Shown in pieces: positions 1-13,129 of a DNA stretch of 64,000 nucleotides. The position numbers and the translations under genes were made by a program. The stretch spans positions 37,718,085-37,782,084 of the forward strand of contig NC_083419.1 in the NCBI RefSeq assembly GCF_020745735.1, written 5' to 3'. Within the stretch, counting starts at the first letter, position 1. Every line of letters begins with the position of its first letter. A model generated the notes under the pieces. It was not told the DNA's origin and did no database searches. It worked only from the letters and a program-made list of their open reading frames with translations. This DNA comes from Hemiscyllium ocellatum (taxonomy: Eukaryota).

Positions 1-3000
1 GTTTTGTAGAGGAATAAGATGGTCCTATTTTCTGAGTCTATAGATTGGAAGAAGCAAAAATGGCTCTTCATCTGCAATAAATGCCGTTGGTTGCAAATCC
101 TATCAAATTGAATAGATCAGTTGGAGTGACAGTTAGAGGCAATGAGAAATTTACCAGAGCAAGGGGGTGTGATGGATGGCAGCTATAGGAAGGGAGAAAA
201 GCTGCAGATATAGTCACATAGATGGGTTAACTCCAGGAAAGGTAAGAGAGGTAGGCAGGTAGTGCAGAAGTCTCCTGTGTCCAACCCCATTTCAAACAAG
301 TATGCTGTTCTGGAAACATTAGGGGGTGATGGATTCTCAGGGGAATGTACCATGAACAGCCAAGCTTCTGGTATCAAGACATGCTCTAATGTAATGAGGA
401 GTATGTCAAGCTCCAAGTGATCGATTATATTAGGGGACTCTCTCGTCAGAGGCACAGACAGATGTTTCTGTGGCCAGCAGCAAAAAATTAGAATGGTGTG
501 TTGCCTCCCTGGTGCCAGGATCAAGGATGTCTCAAAGAAGGTGTAGAACATTCTCAAAGGGAAGAGGGACCAACAGGAGGTCATTGTACATATTGGAACC
601 AATTACATAGGAAGGGGAGAGGATAAGATTCTGAAGGGAGTATGTAGCAAGTTAGGCAGGAATTTAAAAAGGAGGTCCTTGAAGGCAGGAACATCTGGAT
701 TACGCCCAGTACTATGCGCTAGCAAGGAGAGGACTCGGAGGATAGAGCAGATGAATGGATGGCAGAGGAGCTGGTGTATGGGAGAACGTTCACATTTTTG
801 GATCATTGGAGCTCTTTTGAGGTAGAAGTGACCTGTCCAAGAAGGATGATTGCTCTTGAATTAGAAGGGGACTAATATACTGGCAGGGAGATTTGCTAGA
901 GCTACTTGGAAGGATTTAAACTAGTAAGGTGGTGAGGTGGGACCAAGGGAGATAGTGAGGAAAGAGATCACTCTGAGATTGGTACAGTTGAGAAACAAAG
1001 TGTGTCAAACAGTCAGGATTTGGGGTGTTAAGGATCTAGATGGAAAGGAATTTGTTAAGTGTGTACAAGAAAATTTTCTGATTCAGTATGTGGATGTACC
1101 ATGACAGAAGGTGCAAAACTTGACCTACTCTTAGGAAATAAGGCAGGGCTGAAAACTGAAGTGTAATTGGGGGAGCATTTTTGGGCCAATGACTGTAATT
1201 CTATTAGTTAAAAATAGTGATGGAAAAGGATAGACATGATCAAAGAGTTGAAGTTCTACATTGGAGGAAGGCTAACTTGACGGTATTAGGCAAGAACGTT
1301 TGAAAGCTGATTTGGGGCAGATGTTCGCAGGTAAAAGAATGGCTGGAAAATGGGAAGACTTCAGAAATGAGATAATGAGAGTCCAGAGACAGAAAATTCC
1401 TGTTAGCGTGAAAGGAAAGGTTGGTAGGTGCAGGGAATGCTGAATGACCAGAGAAATTAAGGGTTTGGTTTAGAAAGAGAAGGAAGCATGTGTCAGGTAT
1501 AGATAGAATAAATTGAGTGAATCCTGAGAAGAGTGTAAAGGCAGTGAGAGTATATTTAAGAGGGAAATCAGAAGGGCAAAAAGGGATATGAAACAGCTTT
1601 GGCAAATAGGATTAATCCAAAGGGGTTTTACAAATTCATTAAAGGCAAAAGAGTAACTAGGGAGTGAATCAGCAAGGCAGTCTTTGTGTGGAGCCGCAGG
1701 AGATGGGGGAGATACTAAATGAGTATTTTGCATCAGTGTTTACTGTGGAGAAGGACATGGAAGATTGAGAATGTAGAGAAATAGATGGTGACATCTTGAA
1801 AAATGTCCATATTACAGAGGAGGAAGTGCTGGATGTCTTGAAACATGTAAAGGTGGACAAATCCCCAGGACCTGATCAGGTGTACCCTAGAACTCTATGG
1901 GAAGCTAGAGAAGTGATTGCTGGCCCACTTGCTGAGTTATTTGTATCATTGATGGTCACAGGTAAGGTGCCAGAATACTAGAGGTTGGCTAATGTGGTAC
2001 CACTATTTAAGAAAGGTGGTAAGGACAAGCCAGGGAAGTATAGACCAGTAGGCCTGACTTTGGTGGTGGCCAAGTTGTTGGAGGGAATCCTGAGGGACAG
2101 GATTTACATATATTTGGAAAGGCAAGAACTGATTAGGGATAGTTAACACAGTTTTGTGCATGGGAAATCATGTCTCACAAGCTTGATTGAGTTTTTTGAA
2201 GAAGTAACAAAGAGGATTGATGAGGGCAAAGCGGTGAACATGATCCACATGGACTTCAGTGAGGTGTTTGACAAGGTTCCCCATGGAAGATTCATTAGCA
2301 AAGTTAGATCTTACAGAACACGGGGAGAACTGGCCATTTGGATACAGTACTGGCTTGAAGGTATAAGACAGAGGGTGATGGTGGAGGATTGTTTTTCAGA
2401 CTGGGGGAGCCTGTGACCAGTGGAGTGTCACAAGGATTGGTGCTGGGTTTACTACTTTTCATCATTTATATAAATGATTTGGATGAGAACATAGGAGGTA
2501 TAGTTAGTAAGTTTGCAGATGATACCAAAATTGGAGGTGCAGTGGACAGTGAAGAAGGTTACCTCAGATTACAATGGGATGTTGATCAGATGGGCCAATG
2601 GGCTGAAAAGTGGCAGATGGAGTTTTATTTTGATAAATGTGAGGTGTTGCATTTTGGGAAAGTGAATCTTAGCGGGACTTATACACTTAATTGTAAGGTC
2701 CTGGGGAGTGTTGCTGAACAAAGAGACCTTGGAGTGCAGATTCATAGCTCCTTGAAAGTTCCGGGTAGATAGGATAGTGAAGAAGGCTTTTGGTATGTTT
2801 TCCTTTTTTGGTCAGAGTATAGGAGTTGGGAGGTCATGTTGCAGCTGTACAGGATGTTGGTTAGGCCACTTTTGGAATATTGCATGCAATTCTGGTCTCC
2901 TTCAATCAGAAGGATGTTGTGAAACTTGAAAGGTTTCAGAAAAGACTTACAAGAATGTTGCCATGGTTGGAGGGTTTGAGCTGTCGGGAGACGGTGAATA

Positions 3001-3420
3001 GGCTGGGGCTATTTTCCCTGGAGCGTCAGAGGTTGAGAGGTGACCTTATAGAGGTTCATAAAATCATGAGGGGCATGGATAGGATAAATAGACAAAGTCT
3101 TTTCCCTTGGGGGAGTGCCGAACTAGAGGACATAGGTTTAGGGTGAGAGAGGAAAGATATAAAAGAGACCTAAGGGATAACCTTTACAAGTAGAGGGTGG
3201 TGCATATATGGAATGAACTGCCAGAGAAAGTGGTGGAGGCTGGTGCAATTGCAACATTTAAAAGATATCTGGATGGGCCTATGAATAGGAAGGGTTTAGA
3301 GGGATATGGGCCAGGTGCTGGCAGTGGGTCTAGATTACATTGGGATATCTGGTTAGGATGGACGAGTTGGACTGAAGGGTCAGTTTCCATTCTGGACATC
3401 TCTATGACTCTACGACTCTA
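1..3420 (+). mobile_element. CR1-clade LINE (HER1-like), decayed, with ORF1 esterase remnant and ORF2 reverse transcriptase
   Basis: ORF1 remnants FICNKC, NKYAVLE, GDSLVRG, CLPGARI, HIGTN; ORF2 fragments KSPGPD, GKSCLT, KFADDTK, LRGDLIE, WNELP; tail TCTATGACTCTACGACTCTA at ~3401-3420; many stops and frameshifts. Confidence 0.92.
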
Positions 3421-5059
3421 AGTCCAAGTGGTCAGAATTGGAAGAGTGCAGAGATCTGTAGGTGGTCACGCTGGGAGGGAGGGGTCAGGCAAATGACACA
3501 AATGCAAGACTGAGAATTTTAAACTTGGAGTCATCGCTGCACTAGGATAAACATAACTTCTCTCAGAACCTCAAAGTCTGTCCACATAACATTGAAGAGA
3601 GGCTGAGTCATTAACTCCATCACCTAAATGAGGATACACCCTTGTGAAGAGTAATACCTTTATTAAACTGTGTTTTAGACTTTAATCAAGCAACAAGGTG
3701 ATGCCGCTGGAATGATAGGTGGTGTCCAGGTTGAATCCTTCTGCTCCAGGCTAGCTGCAGTCTTTTCCTCTCTCTAGATTTCATTTTTTTTCTCTTTCTT
3801 TTCTTCAGCTTCCTGGCATTGCATGACTCTTTCGGTAATGGGTCGTCAGCTGCAGTGGTATAGGTGACTGGAGTGGGGACTCTTGGCTGGGGTAGGCCCA
3901 GAACAGGAACCTTGCAGACATCCTGGAGCTTTTTTATGATCCTGGTTGATAAAGATAAACTCTATTTAAATACTTTTTATATGTATGTACCTCAAAATTT
4001 CACCAGATTGTGGCGACAGAACACTTTTCACAGTATCTCACCAAATTTGTGTGATGAACATTCATTCAAATTTACAGTAGAATAACAAATTAGATATTTT
4101 GTTATTTCATGGAGAAATGCTGTTTAAACTAAGTGAAACTAATCATAATTAAACGTCTGTGTTCACCTTTCTATGAGATAAATCAGCTTCACAAGTTAAA
4201 AAACTCATCTCCTTTCAACTCAGTTAGGTGTCAGAGACATTAATTATTTGTATGTATGGAAGATACATCATCCTGTTCCTGTCTCATGTCCACCCTGGCA
4301 AGTGTGCAGTTGTGATAGTTCTCTACATGCTCATTGTACCTCATTATGTGTCTCATTAATTCTCATCTGGCTTTGAAAAAGAATGTCCTGTGTCTTTCAG
4401 TGGATAGATAATTATTTGTTTTGCAAATCTGTTTGCAATTGCCGGCTAAGCATAAGTTGTACAAGAGGTAGCAATCCATTATCTTTTAGCGCTGCATGAA
4501 AAAGAAGTTTTGCACTATGAGACTTGACACTTGATGATCATCAGTTTGAGAGTATATACAATATATTTTCCTTTATGGTTTCAGTGAAGATAATAGTGTG
4601 ATGATGTGATTTAGGTCACTCAGCACTTAGCACCTAGCTTGAAATGGTTTGTTTGGATATTGTAGTCCAAAGGTAGACACCATCTACTCTGGAGCTTTGA
4701 ATAAACTCAATCTGCCTGTTATCATATCTGTGATGGTTGCACGCCTATCACTAAGTAGTTGAACAATGGGTGATTTGGAGAATTAATCTATCACAAGGGC
4801 ATAAACTACCCAGTGCACAGTGAATAGATCCATTGCTATTTTCATCCAAGAATTGAAAAGAACGTTGTGGGAATGCAAAGGCTGCCTCAGCTGCTGGTGT
4901 TGATACATTTTGCATGCCTCACATGCATTCACGAGTCATTGAATATTATGATTCGTCCTTGGCCTCTACAGGAATTCACATGCTAATTTTCTTGCAATGT
5001 AGCATCTTGTTAAGACTCCTTCATACCCATGACCTCTACCACGTTGAAGGACAAATGCA

Positions 5060-5305
5060 GTACCTGAGTGGAACATCACCATTTGCCCTTCAAGCCACAG
5101 AATATGCTGATTTAGAACTAAATCACCATTCTTTTCCCTTCACAGATCAAAAGTTAGAACTCATTTTCTAATAACACTTGGGGCATACTTACACTCTGTG
5201 GATGACAGCAGTTGAAAAATGTGGCTTACAACCATCTTCTCCAGGGCAATTAGTGGGATGGACAACAATACATGCCAGTGACACCTATATCCCATGAAAG
5301 AATAG
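5060..5305 (+). mobile_element. 3' end fragment of a second LINE family (same as 34570-36290)
   Basis: Ends in GGGCAATTAGTGGGATGGACAAC...ATCCCATGAAAGAAT, the tail seen reverse-complemented at ~34575-34650. Confidence 0.6.
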
Positions 5306-7082
5306 ATTTTAGAAAAACAACATTGAACACATTTCGTTGGAATTCAATCCAAGTTTGTTATAATGAGTTGAGTCACCACTGAGTTGAGTCAGGTTGATAC
5401 AATTCCAATTAGGCAGTACAGTATTAAACTACTTTAGCATGGACAAATGCTCTCATACTATTGACTCACATGCGCGAGTCACAATACAATGCAATATCAA
5501 TATTTTCTGAGAACTAAATGGCTAGTTGGCCAAACTTAGCAAATCCATTTAAGTTTGTTTTGGGGAAAACTTTAACTGTAGAAATCATGAATATGAGGAA
5601 TTACCAGCGCTGACACTAGTCTTATGCAATATAAAAGACAATATAGAATGTTATACTCTATATTAACTTTCCCCCTCTTGACTTTATATTTCATTCCTGA
5701 CTTCGCTTTTTTCTTACTGAATTAACAGCAAAATGGGAGGAGGAGACATAATCGGAGCCAAACTATAAGGCAGGGATGATGGCGATGCTACTTGGAAAAA
5801 TTCGATCACCATTGTGTTGTTAACTAGACAGCATAAAATTACAGACAATAAGTTATGTCTATTTTGGCAGAAATGCAGTAAAGCTTTGGGAGACCACGCC
5901 ATGCCGAGTCCCAGCCCGAGAATCAGTAGAAAAGTGCCCTCTGTGAAACCATATTAGTGGTTGACTATGACTTTCAAGCAGGAGGCATAATATTCGCACG
6001 GGCTTCATTGTCCTCATTCTGGAGTTTCCCAGTGTAATCAATCTACATTTTAATATAAATCGTACTTGATTTATTTTGTACGGAATTTATCCTGTGGGGT
6101 TAATGGCTCTCACAGTCCATACTTCTTAATGTTCTCATTTGTAGCAAAGTTTGCGTTTTGGTAGGTTTTAACTATACGCTTGAAATTTAGTGTGGGAGCA
6201 ACTTTCAGCGCCAGCCAAAGGACAAGTGCTCTGTAATATGTCCGCCATTAGCAGGGCACTAATGTAAAAAACAAAGGATTGAATTTGTATTTTATTACCA
6301 TTGTTGATACGTTCAAGAAAAGATTCCATTACTTTTTTTTTCGTATGATTACTCTGCTTCAACTGCAGTAATGAAGACATGCTTATGTCTTTGCACGGAC
6401 AGTATTATTTTGATTTCGCGACCCGGAGAATCACCAGAAAATATCAAACGGCATACACATTCATCAAAGTAGCACGGACTATTTTACAATGCAATTATCC
6501 AAGCATCTTGAAGAAATTGTGAGTCAATTTTCTCGAGAACGGATGCAATCTGGTTATCACCATGGACAGCTCTCAGCGTTACGCAATTTGCTGCAAAATC
6601 GCAGCATTTGTGGAAGGGAGTGGACCGCAGCTTGTTCCAGTAGAAGTTACTTATCGCTGCATTTGTATTTTCTATCAATACTTTTGAATGTGCAAGATGG
6701 AAGGTAAAAGTTAGGCTAGGATTCAATTGAGAACTTCTAGGGTGGAAGATTACTTTTTTCCGTTATGTGCCAGCGAAATCACTTCAAACTACTTACATAC
6801 TGAAAGGATGCTATCCTGTCCCACCATGTGCTTCATTTATTGGCTTGGCTAATGAAACATTTGTCTACAGGAGGTTTATCGAATAGTATACTTAGTGTGA
6901 TTGAATTCGGTTATTGGATGTAACAACATCATTTCCACCCATTATACATCAAGCTTTAACCACGGGTTTTAACACGGTGAGAAGGTTGGTCGTACAGAGT
7001 GTTCTCTCCCCAGTAATCCCTCGATTTCGTGTCCGTACTGTGCCATGGAGACACGATCTGCTGACAGAGGTGATTACTGACG

Positions 7083-8153
7083 CCAATCCAGCTCCATCTG
7101 CTGAGACCTGTAATAAAGTTTGTTTTTTTTATAAAACCTTTTTTGCATTCCAATGCCAGATTTTTTTTTCCTTTTCCTTTAATGATTGGCCACATTTGTT
7201 GCAGTTGAGTGGTTCAGGATTAGTTTTCGGATGTGTTGATCTTCATCAAACCGGTTTACTCAAACGCAGATTAACGCGGTGTGATGTCAGAGAAAAGGTA
7301 CTTATCAAGGCTCGGTCTCAATCCCCCACACAGAGACTTTGAAATCTCAGACAGCAGCGGTGCGAGAGCATGACTGGCAACAGCAAGGACAAAAGTCAGA
7401 TATTTTTGTATTAACTTAAAGTTTGTACGGTGAAGCTCCTGTTTAAGAAAGAACACCCAAAAAGAATTACCGAACTCTTCAGAGATTTATTCAACTTTCA
7501 ATACGGAATTTCGCTACAAGACGTTTATTTGGTGAGTGTTGGGCGGGGAGATATTCGACTGATTCAATTTCCTCGTATCGGTTTTACCAAGTCAGATCGT
7601 TTCCTGATATTTTGTAACGTATCCTTGTACTGGATAACTGATACTGTTGAAGAATTGACTAAAGTTTAAAGTGTCGATTATTCTATCAGAACGTCATGTT
7701 CCTGTGAGCTTTAACTTTCGACAAGTCAGTGTTTCGCTAAACTTTTGGAGGTAAGATAATGAGCACATGCGCGCACAGTTTAGAAGGGGTCGGCACAACG
7801 CTGTGAAATAGTAGACATTTCCATTGCAACGCCTTTGGGTTCGATTGACCCTGAAGAGGGTTCCTGCGTCTTTAAATTAACGAGAGAGTTTAAATTCGGA
7901 GCGCTCCTCTGCGCGTCTCTAGCAGAGCACAGCGTCCGCTGGTTCCAACCACAGTCAGCAGCGCTGCATTTTCATCCATTCCCTGAAAAATGAATGTGTT
8001 TTTTATTTAAAAGACCCGTTAACGCGGCTGGTCAATACTTTAGCAATTCATTCCCCCCTCTATTCTCTTCAACAGACCACCTTAGGACGAATTGTGTCTT
8101 GTCAGATTCCGATTCAACAACTCTTCGCAACAACTGACTACCTAGAAGTAAGT
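7083..8153 (+). promoter_or_regulatory. PTHLH: Candidate PTHLH promoter region and 5' non-coding exons
   Basis: CpG-retaining, repeat-free DNA upstream of the first coding exon. CCAAT at 7083, TATAAAA at 7130-7136, TATTTAAA near 8004; strong donors GTGAGT (7532), GTAAGA (7751), GTAAGT (8148). Mammalian PTHLH has several promoters and non-coding exons. Exact exon limits cannot be determined. Confidence 0.45.
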
Positions 8154-8315
8154 GAGGGAAGAGGGGTCCATTTACATGTGCAGCAGAACCCTGTTTTACA
8201 ATGTTCACACTGTTCCGATTCACTATGTGGGAACACGTCTACCTTTAAAGGTTAAGATTCTATGATGCATTTGATTTTGACTCGCACATTCTCCTGTTTA
8301 CAGGTTAAAGCAGAG

Positions 8316-8422
8316 ATGTCGAATACAAGCCGACTGTTTGAGCAGCTAAGCTTAGCGATATTTATCCTGTGTTGTTCACTGTCCATATTTGGGAAGCCTG
8401 TGGAAGAAGTCTCCATTATGAA
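8316..8422 (+). CDS. PTHLH: Parathyroid hormone-related protein, prepro (signal peptide) exon
   Basis: Acceptor CAG at 8301-8303, ATG at 8316, MSNTSRLFEQLSLAIFILCCSLSIFGKPVEEVSIM plus AA, then donor GTAAGG at 8423. The phase-2 junction joins in frame to 9135 giving MKKR|SVSEHQ. Not in the ORF track. Confidence 0.93.
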
Positions 8423-9134
8423 GTAAGGTTTTCTGTTGTGGCTTTTATTCCCTATTTGTGGCACATTAACAGAGATTGATCGCACTGACCGGGTTACACT
8501 GTACTCATAACTGATTCAAACATTGCCCCGTGCATTGCCAGAGATGAACTACAACTTTCCTTGTAATAACTGCACCTACTAAAATACAGCAGTTGTGTCG
8601 GCTTTTCGCTAACCCGTGACATGTGATTTTGGGTGTACGTTTAACCCGTTGTGGCGGGTGGCGAAAAGTTTGGCGAATTGGTCAAATTGCAGACAATGAC
8701 AAAGTGAAACTTTGGGCTGTCAACATCTTGTCTCAGTGTTTAATCCTGTTGTTAACGCAGCGCCGTAGCTCCAGCTGCGATAAGTGTGGACCGACTGCAA
8801 GCGCAGTTCGACTTGGGAATCAACTGACTCGGGATCAAGTGTGTTTTACTTTCTAACTGCATGACGTCGACTTTATATGTCCAGTTAGAGTTCACTTTCT
8901 ACATCTTGAAAATAATTCATCATGAAGTCAAAGCGTATTAAAACGTTGACTCTAAAATGACTGCAGCCCTGTGTTCAGTTGGAATGCAGTTTGGATTGTA
9001 CAGCTTTCCTCTTACGGTCGATTGGAATTTGATGGCTCAGTTTTGATGTGGTTAGAACTGGTTTGAACTGTGCTTGCGGCTGTGCCGAACTGTCTAATGT
9101 AAAATAATAAAAATCTCGTGTCTGTGTTTTGTAG

Positions 9135-9621
9135 GAAGAGGTCTGTCTCGGAGCACCAGTTCATGCATGACAAGAGCAGGTCGATCCAGGAACTACAGAG
9201 GCGGATCTGGCTGCATAATGTCATGGGCGAGCTGCACACAGCAGAGGGCCGGGGGATGACTCAGTCACAGTCGCCCCCCCGCAACCCCAAACACCCGGCG
9301 ACGTGGCCGGATTCGGCGGATCTGGCGGTGCTCCTCATCAAACTGGCAGCCAATAACAACAGCAACAACAATGAGGGCACCAGGACTCCGCTGGAACAGA
9401 TACAAGATACCAACAAGCCCGGTCCTTTCAAATTCCAGAACTCGAGGAAAAACACCAAGAGGAAGAAGCAAGGGAAAAACAACAAGCGCAAGGCTCACAG
9501 AGGTCGGGAAGTGAACAGCAGGAGGCAGACACGCTCTGTGGATTCCGAAACCGGGGATCCCAGTCTCACATCCGAGGCTGAGCCGCTCGCCACTGCCGCC
9601 TCTGGACGGTTGTGGTACTGA
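9135..9621 (+). CDS. PTHLH: Parathyroid hormone-related protein, main exon (mature peptide from 9142; precursor 197 aa)
   Basis: Acceptor TTTTGTAG at 9127-9134; KR|[37 protein letters not shown] (PTH-family 1-34, His5, Arg37); QDTNK mid-region; basic NLS and RRQTRS; TGA at 9619-9621; synteny with KLHL42 and MANSC4. Confidence 0.96.
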
Positions 9622-10554
9622 GAGGCCAACCTCTAACATATAGCCCTAGGTAATTACGTAATATTCTCCCGATAAATGATCACAGACTCGCTTTCAAGGT
9701 CAGTGTTGTAGGTAAATAAAAAACCGACAGCGGCAAATTACGACTGTCATGTCCGGTCAATAAAATCTGGTCACTCGCCTCATGATCTCGGGCAGATGAG
9801 CTGCCAGATACAAGGAGCACAAGTCAATTCATACTCGAGTGCTCCCATCTTAACTCCCTTTTAATGTTAACAGAGGATAGGTCCCATTCAACATTTTAAA
9901 TTGGTGCGTTCCAAATGTATACCAGCCTGCAGGTATATCATTCATCCCGCTCAAATCTGCAAGTGCTGTAAGACGGGGACCTCGAGGCTATCCAATGGAA
10001 TTGATGGCAAGTCAGCATCCAAGTTACTTTTCTGATTTTCACATTCCGCTCAGGTGAAAGTGGCTGCCTTAGGGATTTATTTTAGCTTGAATAGCTAAAG
10101 ACAAATGGTACTTAAAAGTGAAATCGTTTAACTATAGCCAGAGGCTGTAACGTGTTGAAATTTAATCGACTTTGTACAAACCTAATCCTTCCTAAAATGA
10201 TTTACCGCTGCACTGATGCTATCATTTTTTTCTGACCCATGCAAGCCAGTTTTGGCTGTGCGCCAATAAAAGTTGGGATCTAAAGCCAAGGAGGTACTAG
10301 ACCTGTGCAGAAATAAATTCTGCAACAATGAGGCTGGTCACTAAATGGAGTGGAATTCCCGTGTGGGCCAGCACGTTTAAAAGCAATTCAGATGAAGCGA
10401 TGTGTTGTGCGTTTTTAACTTTTTACACTGTATACTTAATATCACATGTTTTGAGAAAAGGCTGCGGCCTTCCAAGACTTCTGCAATTTACAAAAAGTAC
10501 AGAGGGAGTAGAGCACTGTGCAAATACTCGCGAAACATCATCATACAGGAAGAC

Positions 10555-11920
10555 TTAACACTTCACAGACACCTGGCCATTGATACAAAGAAAATGGTAA
10601 CAGAAGGCGAATAAAAATTTGGTCAAAATGCTAGGCTTTAAGGAAGGTATTAGATTAAGAGCGAGATTGAGAGGGTTGGGAGGAGAATTCCAGAGCTTCG
10701 GACCAAGATATGTGAATGCATTACCTGCTAAGTATTCGGAGGAATGTAAAGGTTCGAGGAGATTGACCACAATTAGGAACACTCTGGCGGGCACCATCCC
10801 GTTCACAACCATGTATAGTGCCTGCATTGGTTTTGCACATTGCAAGTACATATCTTGTTTTGACGCTACAACGTAGGTATTTCTGTAAGATAGGTTTTAT
10901 AGAAAGATAACGATACAGAATTGCTGTGGCCATGACCATTGCTAACTGCAAAGAAATGTGGAGTGCATACTGTTTGGAAGAGGCAGCCTCAAATAACTTG
11001 GGTGAGGCACAGAATGGAGTGTAACTCCAGCTTGATGTCAAATCACGCTTTTAAAACTAGCTACAGGATTAGATGAATTTCTTGGATACTTATTGAAAAA
11101 CAGCAGAATTTAATCTGATCATTTAGACAACGTGTAATTGCTGGACCAAGTGTAAACTAATGCAGCATGCAATACAGGTGTAGTACAGCAGCTATTTTGA
11201 AAATTTGCATTTACATAGTATATTTAAAATAACGAAATTTCCAAGGCACTTAAGATGACCCTTATAATGCTTCTCTTTAATGATAAGCCACGTAAAGCAA
11301 TATTAGAGCAATTGTGTAAAAAAGAAAATGTAACTTATGTTTTAAAGAAGGAAAGGTGGGAGAGGAGGTAGATGTGAGGTTGAGAGAGTGAATTCCAGAG
11401 CTTAGGTCCTGGGTAGCTGAAGGCAGGCACCCCAGTGTTTGAACAATTAGAATCTGGGACGCTCAAGAGGTCAGAAATAGATATAAAGATATCTTGGAAA
11501 TTTGTTGGGCTGCAGAAAATCACAAAGATTTTTGCACAAGGTGACAAGGCCATAAAGGTATTGTAACAAGGATGAGAATTTTAAACTTGAGGTGTTGGGA
11601 ACTAATAATATAGATTAATGAATATGGGAAAACACCACTAGGTGTGAGTAAAGATACAAGTAGCAGAGTTTTGGTTGGCTTCAAGTTTAAGGAACATAAA
11701 ATTTAGGAAGTTGGCTATGAATTTGGTGGAATTGTCAAACTAGAGATATGGATAAGCATTACAGATTCTGAAGAGGTGAAGGACAGAGTCAAGTGGCATA
11801 ACAGATGTAGAAATAGGTGAAATTAGTCATGATGCAGTTACATGGTCAGAAGCTCATCTCATGGTCAAATATGATCCCAAGATGACAAACAAACCAGATC
11901 AGTGTCAGATAGTTTCCACA
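10555..11920 (-). mobile_element. Old L2-like LINE 3' fragments (two pieces, ~10555-10770 and ~11200-11920)
   Basis: Minus-strand translations AFTYLGPKLWNSPP and AFSYPGPKLWNSL resemble the L2 ORF2 C-terminal motif (AFS..AP.LWNSLP). Confidence 0.6.
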
Positions 11921-13129
11921 AGTCAGATGGTAAATGCATGAGATTGTCAGAATTAACAATAGAGCAGAGACAATGGATTTTGATACAGGAATGCTACAAT
12001 GTACCAGGAAATCACCAAAAGAGCGAATAGACTTAGAGTGGATTTACATGTTTAACTTTGTGAAAAACATTAAGAGAATATGTGCAATATCTATTGACTT
12101 CACTCTGATGTTAGATCAGATTCCAACTTTAGATTAGACTTCAATTACTTTTATTTACATTACATTAATTTGTACCAATGATACATTTACCATGTGTACG
12201 ACTAAGAAAAAAAACATAATTGATGACTGTTCTTCACACATATGAACTCATGCATCTGCATCCAGAAACTGTTTAACTGAGCATTATTATTGTGCAAACA
12301 TATACTATTTGATGAAGCATAACTGCTCTGATATTTACTTTGTGTTCTAATATCTGTTTTTGATTCATAGATTCATATTTTATAGGCATTAAGGTGTAAG
12401 TTAGTAAAGTAATATATGAAAACTATCCAATGTCCAATCCAGAAGTTATGAATATTTTCCAGTGGCTTTCTTTCACATAACAACAGAATACAATGAACAC
12501 GATTTAAAATCATTTGCCCTGCTGACCTGCTTGATTTACAAGAAAGAATAAAATGTCCAGTTCATTCATATTTTACCATAGTTTGTTTGATTTTATAACT
12601 CTGCTTTTTGGAGATGACGAACAACTTTTAATTTCAATGGTCAAAAGGTATCAGCTACAAGTTGTGACCTCTTGGAGTAACCTGCCAAGCAGTGAATGAT
12701 TATTATACTTTGTAAACTTGTCCAATGAGAACTGGAATAAACTTGAAGGAACACATTTAACTTAAGCTTATAGGTTTTCTAGTCTACTATACCAAATGAC
12801 ATCCACGCCTCAAACTCAAAATATAAGCTAATAAGCATTCAATTACATTAAGCTGTAGAGTTTCCCATGTCATGGATAGAGTTAGGAGCAACATAGAGTG
12901 AGAGCCAACAGCTTATTATGGAGCCTGGCCACTTTCTGTGGATGGGAAATGTAGAATAGCTATGCTATTTTAAAAAAACCCAAAATGACTATTTGACATC
13001 TGAATAGGAATTCTCAGTTAAGTTTCTACTTATTGCAACACTATCAATATAGTTGTTAATTGATCATATTTCTGTTTTTGTTTATTTTAAAAGCTAAGTG
13101 ACAGAAGAATTTTCCTTTTTTTTCCCCAG

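Noticed and set aside
6914-7342. 142-aa ORF upstream of PTHLH
   Set aside because: No recognisable homology; overlaps the probable promoter and 5'UTR.
9118-9134. ORF-track start of PTHrP (MSVFCR)
   Set aside because: GTG start lies in the intron; the acceptor is at 9133-9134 and the real ATG is at 8316.
9142-9621. Calling the gene PTH or PTH-like (PTH4/PTH-L)
   Set aside because: His5, the long mid-region with NLS, the conserved 3'UTR and KLHL42/MANSC4 synteny indicate PTHLH.
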